Made by a program: the position numbers and the translations under genes
Assembly: GCA_905178155.1 (NCBI GenBank)
Contig: CAJINV010000001.1
Span: 5,920,788-5,984,787, forward strand
From: Amoebophrya sp. A120
Lineage: Eukaryota; Protista; Dinoflagellata
Reading direction: 5' to 3'
DNA length: 64,000 nucleotides
The notes under the pieces: generated by a model
Database searches by the model: none
Told to the model about the DNA's origin: nothing
Seen by the model: the letters and a program-made list of their open reading frames with translations, nothing else
In this document: positions 1-11,480 of the stretch, piece after piece
Position numbering within the stretch: position 1 is the first letter of the stretch
Layout of the letters: each line of letters opens with the position of its first letter

Positions 1-57
1 ACCTTTTTCCCCGACAACTATTACAATGCCGAGGGGCGTTGGGTTAGTCGTCTCGGA

Positions 58-1936
58 GTGGACAGAACGAATTTTAATAGTGTGTCTGAGGCGGGCGCGG
101 GGAAGGTCGAGGAAAACGTAAACGTAAACGAGAGCGGCTTCTTATCAAGTCTTGAGAGAACAAGTAGACATGCTGCGGACACTGCTTCACGAGGTGCATG
201 CGGCGAGGAAGCGAAAAGTGATTATCAGCATCCTGTTTCGTGTCGTGCCAGTGAATTTCAGCACAAGGTGGAAGAAAAGATACTTTCGCCGATGAAGCGC
301 GCAAATGGTAAAAATGTTGAATCCGACGGGAAAAAAACAACAGCTCCCGAGGACGACAGTGACATCGCCCACGACACCGTGCACCAACAGCGGACCCAAA
401 CCCTTTATGATCGCTTAATCCGGGTGGGCGAAGCGTCTGGTTGCCCTGGCCTTTCGCGCTTTCTGCACGAGACACGGTCGGCTGCCTGGCTTGGCTGCTT
501 GTCCTCGGGTATCACTGCGTTTTACGACTTCGGAAAAATATGGCGGAAGGCTGACTATAGAAAGCCTGGCGATATTTATCAGCGAGACCAAGAGCGACAA
601 AAACAGGTTGCTGCCGTCGAAGATAATGTTCGCCCCCAGTCGTTAACAGGGAGTGCCACTGGCAGCACGTATTGCGGAACATCCCGAAGTAAAGCCCGCC
701 AAGTCACGAATGCTAGTACCGGGAACAGTTACCACGCAAATCTGCAGTCTGGCATGCCGGGCGTTGTAGCGGAAGAGGATGACCGCATCTGCCTTGACTT
801 CCACGAGAAGGACCTCTGGCTCAACATATCAAAGAAAACGCATAGTGCCCCACGACCAGAAGAGCGGTCTCTACTATACGCAAACTTTCTACACGAAAAC
901 TTTTTGTATCGCATGAAGGGAAACATCATGCGAGCTTCCTTTGGGAAAAACTTCTGCAATACGGAGGAAACACTTCTTCCACGCGCTCGGGGGTGGGCAC
1001 TTTTCCATATGATGCAACACGCTTGCTGTTCCGAGGCGGCTGTCCGACCCGGCCGCGGAGGAGCACTTGCGGCATTGTCTAGCGCTCGCGCGGGCCTTTT
1101 GGCAAGGGTTTTGCATCGCAGGCGAAGATATCAATTGCAAATATGTCTGGGTCTGGAAAAATGCAAGTTTGTCATGCTTGTCTGGCATGACTCATAAATC
1201 TGTAATGCATGAACAGGAAAAGGGCCTCTTGCCTGTCATGCAAACACGCAGTTTGCCATGCGGATAAGGAAACACAGGAGCAGCTGAAAAATTTGTCATG
1301 CTTAGCTGCGTATTGCAGTCCGCCCACTAGTCAGATTTTAGCATCACAAGTTTCCAGACCCAGACATATTTGCATTTGATAGAAGATTCAGAAACCTCGA
1401 CAAACACTTCGACTCCATTGGCCTCTGATGTCCCTGTGGCCTTTATCGTGGGGACAGGCCACGCCACCGGGGAGACCCTGGTGTTGCTCCAAAGCGATAG
1501 AAATTCTAGTTGTACAGCTTTTAGCAAAGCTGTTGACCACGACAGCTCAGGAACTACATCTTGGTCTTCTGACTTTGAAGACATTATCGACACAAGTGCC
1601 ACAACATGCTGGAGTACTGTTGCTTTAGATGTTGAAAAGTCGTCGTATAATAACACGAGCGGGACCTGCTCCGACGATCGTGGCCACAACTTTTGGTTGT
1701 ACGGCAGCCCTGCTCTGGTCCCAGGCGACGGTCGGTTACCAGCAAACAGGATCCTACCTCAGTTCCGGCCTGAAGAATCCAATACAGATAGAAGCTTTAT
1801 TACTGCTAGTTGTGCTCGGAGAAATTTATTACGTACGCTTGAAAGCTCACCTGTGTACGAAACGCGAAACACTCACAGCACTATGCTGAATGACCTTGAA
1901 GTTCTGAATGAAGCGATGATGCACGTAGGCATGTGA
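58..1936 (+). CDS. Hypothetical protein, exon structure uncertain, interrupted by introner 1129-1381
   Basis: Long ORFs 58..1197 and 1370..1936. Removing the introner plus one GAAGA joins ...FCIAGED|SETSTNTS... The junction to the upstream ORF is unresolved and no domain is recognised. Confidence 0.4.
1129..1381. mobile_element. Introner family A1 (253 bp), 5-bp DR GAAGA
   Basis: TIR TATCAATTGCAAATATGTCTGGGTCTGGAAA / TTTCCAGACCCAGACATATTTGCATTTGATA. GAAGA at 1124-1128 and 1382-1386. Similar to 8014 and 27448. Confidence 0.93.
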
Positions 1937-3036
1937 CCTGCCGAGATGACAACTTTCACGACTCCCGATTGTATAGCCTTACCTGAGTCCCCCGTAATTG
2001 TAGGTTTCTGTTTTTTCGACATCAAATTGAATGAATCAATCTCCCATGTGACATAAACCCAGGCCGTGGACTACCATTCATAGTGTAGCCGTGCTGCTTT
2101 GACTTTGGTTCCTTACTTTCGTGTATTAGAACAACCGATGTAGTTACGAGTTTCTAATAGTAGATCCGTATCTCTTGACGTTTACTTGAAACAGAACAAC
2201 GCAGATATTCGACGTATTTTGATTTAGCGATTCAGCTACTGTCTAGAACGAGGGACTAGCAGAACTAGGTCATGAAATGAATCTCGCCCGTGTAGCATTC
2301 TCGATTTGATTCTTGATTCTAGTTGCTAGCTTTGCCTTCGTTTTGGCAAAAGCATGATGTGTTTATGGGTTCGTGTTCGAATTTTCTTTGATACGAAAGT
2401 TTTTTTCACAAATAAGATACAATTCTAAATCAAATGTTGTTTTTTCTTTGAAGGTCGTCGCTTGCTACTCTTCAATTGAAGAGACCGCGCATGATACTCA
2501 AAAAAAAGATAACAGGGACTACTTTTCTACACATATCTTTTCGTGTAATATAGGCCGACGGGTGCAGTAGATGCAGCCTGGCGACGATCGCCATTTCAGT
2601 CTAATGCGTGGCGAGTAGTTCTTTAATATCCGGACATTAGTACACCTACACCGGTGACGAGGCGGGACCTTTGAGGCGCTCTCACCACTTCGGAGGCCAG
2701 TAAATCCAACCCAGCTCGTTCTGGTATCGACGGCCCAAGAACCACGGAAATCCACCCGGGCGTGCTATCCTCCCGAAGAACACTTTGATTTTTTCTGCCG
2801 CAAGTTGTACGCATTACTACTGTCCTTCTAAGTACTAACTTGGAATAAAGAAGTTCTTCTTTGCGGAGCCTTGCGGCGGGGTTAATGTCCGAGTTGTAAA
2901 TCGCGATTCACCTGAGAGCTGGTCAACATAACGGAAGTACTCCTGTCCACCGCCTTGCCAAAAAAGCAGGACAAGTGCTGTGAGTCGCGCGCCATTCTCC
3001 ACCTCACGGCCCACCTGAGACGACGGGTACGGCAAT

Positions 3037-5580
3037 ATGACCACGGACGTGCAGAATCAGGTTTCCGAGCTGCTGCAGTTTTTCCAGCAGCCGCGGAATA
3101 GCACGGTGCGCGTTGTTTTTGATAAAGTTAAAGCTTGTCGTTCGACTAATGGGATGAAATCGCATGAAGGCACAGCACCTCGATTGGTTCTTGCTTTCGT
3201 TCAAAATTGTCTTTCCGCTTGTCTTGTCTCTCTACAAACTGCATGATTGGTTGAATGCAGGTTGGTAATTTCTACTGCGTAGTACTAGTCTGATGTCGAT
3301 GAAGATTCAAGGCAATGGTCGCGGAATGAAAGAAGTAGAAGCGTATCAACGAAGGGAATTCGATCGTGATGAGGAACAACGTTCGGATCTAAAAAATAAC
3401 TCCACGCGTGTTAAAAATTTTTGCAGGTGAAAAATGTGTTATGCCACCTGCTAGGTGGGGCGTCGCGTAGTAACGAGACAGACGGCGCCTCCTCGGCAGA
3501 TGCAGAAACCGGCACGGAAATAACTGCAGTGGATCATGGAACAGATTCAGCTGCGAACAATGCATCTTCTTCGTCAGTTGCGCAGTTGGTCGAGCTTTTG
3601 CGTCAAGCCAGCAGCGAGGTCGCGACCTCTCCGCCGCGGGGAGGACATCTTCAAGGTGAACAGCAAGCCCGCTCGCTGGACATCCCAAGCCACATGACCA
3701 CTGCGGCCGCAGGAACAAAAAACGGATTTATTTCACCGCCACAGACCGGCAGGAGCGGTTCTTCTCCGGGCTCTTGTGCTGGGACGAATGTTGCGGAGAG
3801 GAAAGAAAAGTCGTCTTCTCCGCCCTCGCGAAGTAAAGCTGGTGCTTCTACTCCTGGGCACCAGGCTCATAGTCAACAAGCTTTGCCGCCGATGCTTTAC
3901 TATCCCGATGGATCCCCGAGCACGGACCGCAGCCAGAGCCCGCCGCGCGAGGACGGCGCGGCCGTCGCCAGCAATGGCTCCACGCCGAACGCCCCCAATC
4001 TGTTTTTCAAAAACCTCGACGGAACTGGAGATTTTTATGGCAGAAACAGGAATGCATATCATGATCATGGAGCAGGAGCAAACAAGCAGCTCGGAGGTGG
4101 TCCCATCATGCTGCAGGGGCCGCGCCCGCCGCGGGGAGGACCCGTGGCGAATGCCGGTGGCAATAGCGCGCAGTACTGCCCGCCGAACCAGCGGGGCGGC
4201 TCCTACTCCCATCCACAGGGTACTATTCCTATCGACCGGGCGGGGAACCACAACATACAGTCAAGCGTTCGGGACCACAACATGCGTCCGCATCCGCTTT
4301 CCGTCAATGAAGATGAAGGCTGGAATCGTCGTGACTTTGACCACCGAGAGTCGCATCATGATCCTCGTCGTCGCACCAGTGAGGATTATGGCGGCAGCCG
4401 AAGTTACAGCGGTAACCACTACAGTAACGGCGCTTCTTCAAGAACCCCTGGCAGCTTTGCACCAACAGGCAGAACAAGCGGCGTGCCGCCCAGGGATCAT
4501 CCGGAATGCAGAGTATCGGAGTGAATACAGAAGTTGTTGTGTACATTCGCAGGCAAAGGCATACTCACAAAAAAAAAAAAGTAGTTGTCATGTTGCGGCA
4601 AATAAAGCCCGAAATTTGCAACATTTATGTGCTGACTGCTTCGATGACACATTGACTTACTTTTCCAGCCAATATCAGTATCACGACCACCGAGCAGACT
4701 CTGGCTTCTATTCTGCGCATTCGACCCCGGCGTCGGCCAACTCTTCCTCCTACGGGCACAGCACCAGTAACAACCCCACCTCGCGAGGATCCGGATCGAG
4801 CACAAATAACCATGCATCGGATCGGTCGCGCGCTCGGCTCTTCGGCCCTTTCTCGCATCAACATGACCGGAACCACGAGCAGGGCGGCGTGTGGCCCTCT
4901 TCTGAGACCCTGCAGCAGGCCGAGCAACGGTGGATGCAGCAGCGCGCGGCGCACGGTGCGGTACTTCTGCAGGAAACAAGCAGGACCGGTGCCCGGCGAC
5001 GCAGTCTGGAGGATCGTTTTTTTCAGCCAGTGGCCATTACAGCACGCGATCACCCCGCCGATCATGGCGGTAGCAGAACAGGTTCGTCCGCAGCCGCACC
5101 GCAGAACTACCACCGAGCTCAGGGATTGCGGAAAAATAGTGTGGAGCTGCTGTACAGCGAATACTTGATTGTTTCTTTCGGTGGGGCATATGCATATGGA
5201 TGGATGCATTCACTTCTGCATTGCGGATGCTCTTTCTTTGCTGCGACAGGCAGCATCCGATTCTTGTCTCGTCATAAATAGTGAATGATCTACATCTTCT
5301 ACTTTATCAGTGAAATACAGAAATGGAGTTCTTCTAAAACTATAGCAACCCGCAAGCCATGGCGAAGCAAGCACGGCGGCAGATCGAGAATGCGGTCATG
5401 ACCTGCTACGATCAAGTGCCCAGCACATCGCGGAAATGGAGTATGTTCCTGCAACTACTCACCACGCTGAGCTCGGCTGAGCTCGACGAGCTGGCCTACC
5501 AGCTCCGGATGGATCGCCGCGCGCCGCTTCCGGACGGCGTCTCGCGCACTTCGAACAACTCGCTCGACTGCGAGTACTGA
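3037..5580 (+). CDS. Hypothetical low-complexity (S/G/P/R-rich) multi-exon protein
   Basis: GT-AG introns 3106-3426 and 4521-4668 join ORFs 3037, 3421 and 3776 in frame. The probable last exon is ORF 5359..5580. Confidence 0.55.
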
Positions 5581-6775
5581 TTTTTACATTCTCAGAAAAT
5601 ATGTGTATTTCTTGTTTGGGTACTACATGATTTTTTCAATTTGCCGCCTAGCTCTGCGTGGCGTTGAAAGTAAAAAGAATAGCGCTGCAGTCGGTACCTC
5701 CAGCGTGAATGCATCAGGGAACATGTTGTTGCATCCCCATCACCTTTACATACAGCGACAATCCACTGCCCCGTCTCAAGGATTTTCCGGAGGACTCCAA
5801 TTATCCGGGCACAAGTGTGATGGTGCGGAACATTATCCATGCAAAATTCATTTGACACGATTCGTCCACATCCCATCAGTCATGAATGTATGAAGACTGT
5901 CGCTGTCCTCGGTAGAAAAAACTGTCTGACGGCATGTTGACGAGTCTGTGAAAGTCGCAAGTTTACATATTCACACGACGTTGTTTTTTATGTTTTTGCA
6001 GTATGTTGGATTTCTTACTTGTCGGAACATCGTGGCTCTGTGGCTTCGAACGCGTTGAATGAGAATTTTGCTGTGATCCCCCTCCCAAACCGATTGTCGC
6101 CGAACATGCTTCTGAATCTGTTGTTTTCGAACAACATCGTGCGTGGCGAGCCGGCTTTTGCTTCGCTGTTTTCGGGACCCTCACTGGTGGGCTGCTTCGA
6201 GCTGGGGGATGGGTACTTATTTTATCAGTTCTAGCCATTTTATCTATCGCTTTCTTCTACTGGAGTGGTTGCAGCGCCGCGCGATGAAAGTTGTCTTCAA
6301 GCTTGAAACTATTTTCAGACTTGTGTACCACGGACGGATGGTAGAACCACACAGTGATACGTACAAAAAGAAAAGAGTACGATATTTCTAAAACCAGGCC
6401 GAGTCTGTTGGAGGACGAGGGCGGAGAAGTGGCCGCTCAAATTGCGGGCATGCGTAACGCGAACGACGACGCAGATGATGTACTTTTTGTTCTATTTTGC
6501 CATACTAGTTAACAGTGATGTCATTGTCAGTCCAAATCCCGCTTGAATCGAACACCATCAACATGAGCATCCGTGATTTATGTCTGGTATCATGAAGAGT
6601 TCCTTTGACCTCCGTTGATAATAAGAGCGCCTCCTTCTGCACTGATGAACTACAAATTTTCTGTTGCTATTTCACACATTATTTACACAGTAACCATACG
6701 TGCCTCTTTACCTAGGTAAACAATTTTCTGGAGACGAAGAATCCGAAAACGCGAGCGGATTACGAGGACCTCCGG

Positions 6776-8654
6776 ATGCGTCACGAGGTGGAACGGAAGC
6801 GATTCGACTGGAGCGAGCGCATCGAGCGGTCCCGCGTCGACCCAGCCTTTCAGACGGAGCCGGCCGAAAAGATTTTGATGGGCCCGTGGAGCAAAGAGAA
6901 CACCGTCGTCCATGCCGTCTCTCAGCAGCTAGATCCCGTGGTGGCGCAATTTGTCGACTTCTTTGACCTGCCACAGAACCTGCGCGGTAAGACTTGTTTG
7001 CCTGTATTTTTATCCTTCTTTCTTCGAATGACACTAGCTACCGAGGAGTTCTCACCTGCTGCGTTCCGAAAACGGACGCTGCGCTAGTGCGACGAAGGGA
7101 GATTTTCGCCGCCATCCTTGTCTAAGTTAAGTAGCACGATTCGTCTGACATCTTTATCATTTATTTCTGCCACTGCAGGAAAGTTAAAGTATCAACGAAT
7201 CCCCCTTGGAGCATCTGTAGCAAAAACCAAAAAAAAAAATGAATCTACAAATCCAGGCGTGAATCTCGGCTACGCGTTTTTGCACTTTCGGAGCCGCAAG
7301 ATTGCAGCGCGGTTCACGGAGCTCTTGAATGGGATGCGGTGTCCGGGGAAGAGCGTGAAGCGCCTCGAGATGATATTGCAAGGAAAAATCCCCCCTCCCC
7401 ATATTGAAAACGCATCCGTTTGAAAATTTGTGATGCAGATTTGCAACCACAAATCGCACCTGTCTTGCAGGAAGCCAAGCGCAGGCTGTCCGCCACGTTG
7501 TGCAGGCGATTTGTAATGCTGTAAGGACTACCGGGCAGCCGTCTACCATGCTATGCGCCTACACCAAAAGGCCCCTACTTAGGCTTGCGACCTGCGTGCA
7601 GTCCTAGCATTGCAAGACAAGTCTGATTTGTGTATGCAAATCCAGCATCACAGATTTCCTGTTCGATATGGGGAGGGGAGATCTTCCCTTTTGATAGATG
7701 ATGGTGACGACGGCGCGTCGTATCCCCTTTATGGATGGCATGCGGCTGCAAGAGGTGAATATCCAGGAAAAAAACTGTGTAAGTGTAACTTTGTAGGAAG
7801 AGCAGCATCACAAATTCGTTTTGCATTACAGAAAGAACCTGTCATGCGCGGATAGTACGTGAAAACACGTATGAAACACGTCTATGACGCACTTCCAGCA
7901 TGACAAGCGTAACTGTTTTGCATTTTTTGCATCACAGATTTACATCACTTACACAGTTTTTTTCTTGCATAGTGAAGCCGACGCGTACAATGTTTTGGTT
8001 CGACGAGGAACGGTATCAAATGCAGAAACGTCTGGGTCTGGAAGAATGCATGTTTGTCATGCTTGTCTGGCATGACTCGAGAATTTGTGTTGCCTAGGCA
8101 CGAAAAGGCCCTCTTGCCTGTCATGCAAAAACGCAGTTTGCCATGCGGAATACGTAAGACATGGCAGCCAGAAAATTTGTCATGCATAGGTGCGTATTGC
8201 AGTGCGTCTATCATTCACTTTTAGCATTACAAGTTTCCAGACCCAGACACATTTGCAATCCATAAACGATTTCCGGACATTCTGGCCGAGTCCATGTTCT
8301 GTTTGAAGCGACAATCGAACGTCATATCAAATGCAAAAATGTCTGGGTCTGGAAGAGTCGGGGCTTGCCATGCACATTTTGCATGACCCGTGAGGTCCGT
8401 GATGCTGGTGCTAGCATCACAGATTTTTTGAGAGCTTCTTGATGCTAATTACGCATGAGAAATGCCCTCACCGCGTGCCAACAACTGACTCCTCTAGCTG
8501 CTCATGCAACACAGATATTTTTAGAATCCGCAGACAGCATTACAAGTCCCAACCTTCCAGACCCAGACATATTTGCAATCCATACGTCAGCTCACACAAC
8601 AACTCGCTCAACCGTCGCGCCCAGTATCCCGGGCCCACCGGCCGGGGCTGGTAA
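6776..8654 (+). CDS. Mei2-like RRM (RRM_2-type) RNA-binding protein; further 5' exons possible from about 6000
   Basis: GT-AG intron 6987-7256 gives VDFFDLPQNLRGVNLGYAFLHF...FTELLNGMRCPGKSVKRLEM. Removing four introners continues the frame as MVTTARRIPF...EVKPTRTMFWFDEERFPDIL...GRGW*. This resembles the Mei2 RRM3 motif DFxYLP...NxGYAFxNF. Confidence 0.75.
7374..7696. mobile_element. Introner family B (323 bp), DR GATGA
   Basis: TATTGCAAGGAAAAATCCCCCTCCCCATAT ... ATATGGGGAGGGGAGATCTTCCCTTTTGATA. DR at 7369-7373 and 7697-7701. Removal restores RLEM|MVTTARR. Confidence 0.93.
7760..7971. mobile_element. Introner family C (212 bp), DR GTGAA
   Basis: TATCCAGGAAAAAAACTGTGTAAGTG ... CACTTACACAGTTTTTTTCTTGCATA. 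DR at 7755-7759 and 7972-7976. Removal restores EVK|PTRTMF. Confidence 0.93.
8014..8264. mobile_element. Introner family A1 (251 bp), imperfect DR AACGG/AACGA
   Basis: TATCAAATGCAGAAACGTCTGGGTCTGGAA ... TTCCAGACCCAGACACATTTGCAATCCATA. Removal restores DEER|FPDIL. Confidence 0.92.
8325..8584. mobile_element. Introner family A2 (260 bp), DR CGTCA
   Basis: A-type TIR with a different interior, which is the reverse complement of 12021-12275. DR at 8320-8324 and 8585-8589. Removal restores QSNV|SSHNN. Confidence 0.92.
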
Positions 8655-9168
8655 ACAGGGCGACGCGGACCTAGAATTCAATGGTATGATCGACGAACTT
8701 GAAGATGATCTGCTCTTCCTCTTGTTTGTGGCAAAGAAAAATGATTCGTACCGCAGTACTGTACATTTTCGTCGGTACGCGAAAGATGCCGAAGCTGCGT
8801 ATAGGTTCGGCCTGGTCAGCTTTGAGTTGTCCTCGGAGCTGATTATATTAGATATCAACATTCAATATAAAAAAGTTAGGATACTGTACTATTTGAATCT
8901 GCAAGAAGCGAGCCTTGCATTTTTTTTTTGTGTGTCACAAGAACCGGGCCTGGAAGTAATTATAGCCTAGATGTGCTGCCAAGTAGATTCTCTTCACTAG
9001 AAGGACTCAGCACTTTCTCCAACTTCAATTTCACGTATCTGCGCATGATAGATTTAGGTACTGGTTGCAAAAGAAAGACCGACTGCTACGCCGACTGATA
9101 CGTTCGATCAAACTTCGGTTGCATCTTATTTCTTCGCAGATCCAACTGCTACACTTCTATCTTGCAGA

Positions 9169-9962
9169 GCCTTCTTCACTAAACACAGCACCTGAGTGCG
9201 CAGTACAGATGCTGTAGTCACAGAGGAAGGATTGATTGGTGATGCAAGTGCAGCACAAAATACGATATGCGCACGATGAATATCTAACGTTTCGAAATAG
9301 ATACGAAAGCAAGCGTACTTTTTTAGAAAAGGCTCTACCTTCCTCGGTTTTTTTTTCGTTTCGATTTGTAGCTCTCGTTACACCAGCTACGAAAAACAGC
9401 CTCACACGGGGATTCATTGGAATAGCCAGCTGCTACACGATGGTTGCAGTTTTTTTTCGAATAGCAATCATGTGCACCATTTTAGCGTAGGATTACGCAC
9501 AACGAGGACGACCACTGAGAATTTATTTTCCGCAATAAAGTTAGTAGTTAGTAATAGGAATACCTATACCACTTAAATCAGTACGAGTACTTTTTTTTTC
9601 GATTTTAGCCTTGGTCTTGGAGGACGACGAGGAGGAAAGCAACAAATCGCACCGACGAATCTACCGCATAGGGTGGCGAGCTAGGGTGTCTGGCTGCCGC
9701 GCACGGCGTGGGAGTTCGCAGGGTAGGCTGGCTGCTGTGCTGAGCCCGGCAAACCTGACCGCGTCACGTGGGGCGACAGCTCTTTGCTATATCTCTAGGC
9801 TATATGTCCACGGTTATTTTTTGCCTTCTTCTGCTACACACTTATAGCGAGGATCTGGATCGATTGATCGAAGCACTCCGCGCACAATTTTGCCGGCCCC
9901 GCTATCTGCTGATAGATGCACTCAGACGCAGGAGGCGTCTACTTGCCTACTATCTGAGTTAG
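9169..9962 (+). CDS. Possible small multi-exon hypothetical protein
   Basis: Short protein-like segments (QVQHKIRYAHDEYLTFRNRYE; EDLDRLIEALRAQFCRPRYLLIDALRRRRRLLAYYLS*) are separated by AT-rich intron-like stretches. Not fully assembled. Confidence 0.3.
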
Positions 9963-11480
9963 TTATCCTGTAGCTGAGATCGTGCAGAGCTTTGCTACGA
10001 GTACTAAGATCTATCAGATTTCTCTACTGGTTGGTTTCTATCCCCTTAGTCAAGTTTTTAGCTATTTTTTCAACCCCGAATGGAAGGCAAAGGTAAAGCG
10101 AGCGACCTCTGTGTAGCTGGAATATGCAGGCTGTGGCAAATGATAAATATTTTTTTCTAGTAATATCAAACCTACTAAAACGTCGACGAGTTGAAGTCTC
10201 AACCTCAATCGATATTTCTTCAAATTTCTTCCATACTTGAGAACAACAACCGTCTGCCTATGTATGGTTTTATCTTTCAAACAGTCACAAAAAATCCTTG
10301 TTGTCACAACAGTTTTGGAAGCAATAAAAATAAATCCGAAAGACATATAACGTTTCACCTCTGTCTGCGAGAAACTCACTTATCTAACTTCTCAAGAGCC
10401 AACCGTTAAAAATTATGCTGCGAATATCATCGGTTGAGTCGAGAGAGGCAAAGTAGATGTTTTCAGAAAGCAACAATGCAAATAAACAGCAAATTTGAAT
10501 ATGTGTAGGTTGGTATTTTCCCATAAAAAGTCATTGAGACTTTTGGTCTACTCAATGCCCAAAAACAGCGAAATCGTCATTTTGACATCGTGTGCCGCGT
10601 GCGGACGCGTTCCTCAGAGCATCTCAAACTACTAACTTAGATCTCTTGCACGACACGCGGCGCAAGTACGTGAGATCGATGCCTTTTTTCGACGAGTCTT
10701 ATTATTTTGTACCCCGGTTTACTTCTAGTTTTACATCTTAGCTTCACACACTAGTGGGAGTGCCACTGATAATCGCTACTTTTTGGGAAACTGAGATAGA
10801 CCAACATGAATCTAAATTTTGGGCCTTGGGAGTCCAGTTTCCGTATTGTTTCGGAATGCATGTCTTAATGACAGAGACAATGTCTTCGCAGGCACGCGCT
10901 TTTGCTCTGAAAAACTGCCGCGCATTTTGTTCACGCTAAGAAAAAGGCGGGGGGGAGAAACAAAAGGAGTGGATGCAAAGTAAAAGCATCAAAAAAAGAC
11001 GAGATGAAATATACTGCACAACCGAACTACCAAGGAAAAGGAAGAACGATCCTCCGACATGTTTGAAGGGAAAAGAGGGAAGGGTTGATAGACATAGATC
11101 AATATGTGCTGGGACAGACATTTCATCACTCGTCGGTACATCGGTGTCGTTTTCGGAAGAACAAATAAAGGGATCTGAGGGCCGTAAGGCGGCTGCTTTC
11201 GGGAGTACTTATTCTCCCTAGTGCAGCCTTGGTTCTTTGTTTTCGGGACGTGGGAAGTGTCGTGGGTGTCTTCGTCCTCGTTTCTGCAGCCGAATGAAAG
11301 ATTAAGATATGATAATTTCTATATCGGTCTCGCATACTCCTTGTCGCGCGACCGTCGCATGGTTAGCACTGGTTTAGCTTTTCGTTCGCTTGATTGCGGA
11401 AAACGAGCCACATGATTTTTTACTGACACAGCAGCTATTAGGAAAAATAAATACATATTAGCAACGAAAAAGCAATAAAG

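Noticed and set aside
7374-8584. Repeat-spacer-like alternation resembling a CRISPR array or integron cassettes
   Set aside because: The repeats are long, heterogeneous TIR elements and the spacers are in-frame exons. There are no cas or integrase genes, and the context is eukaryotic.
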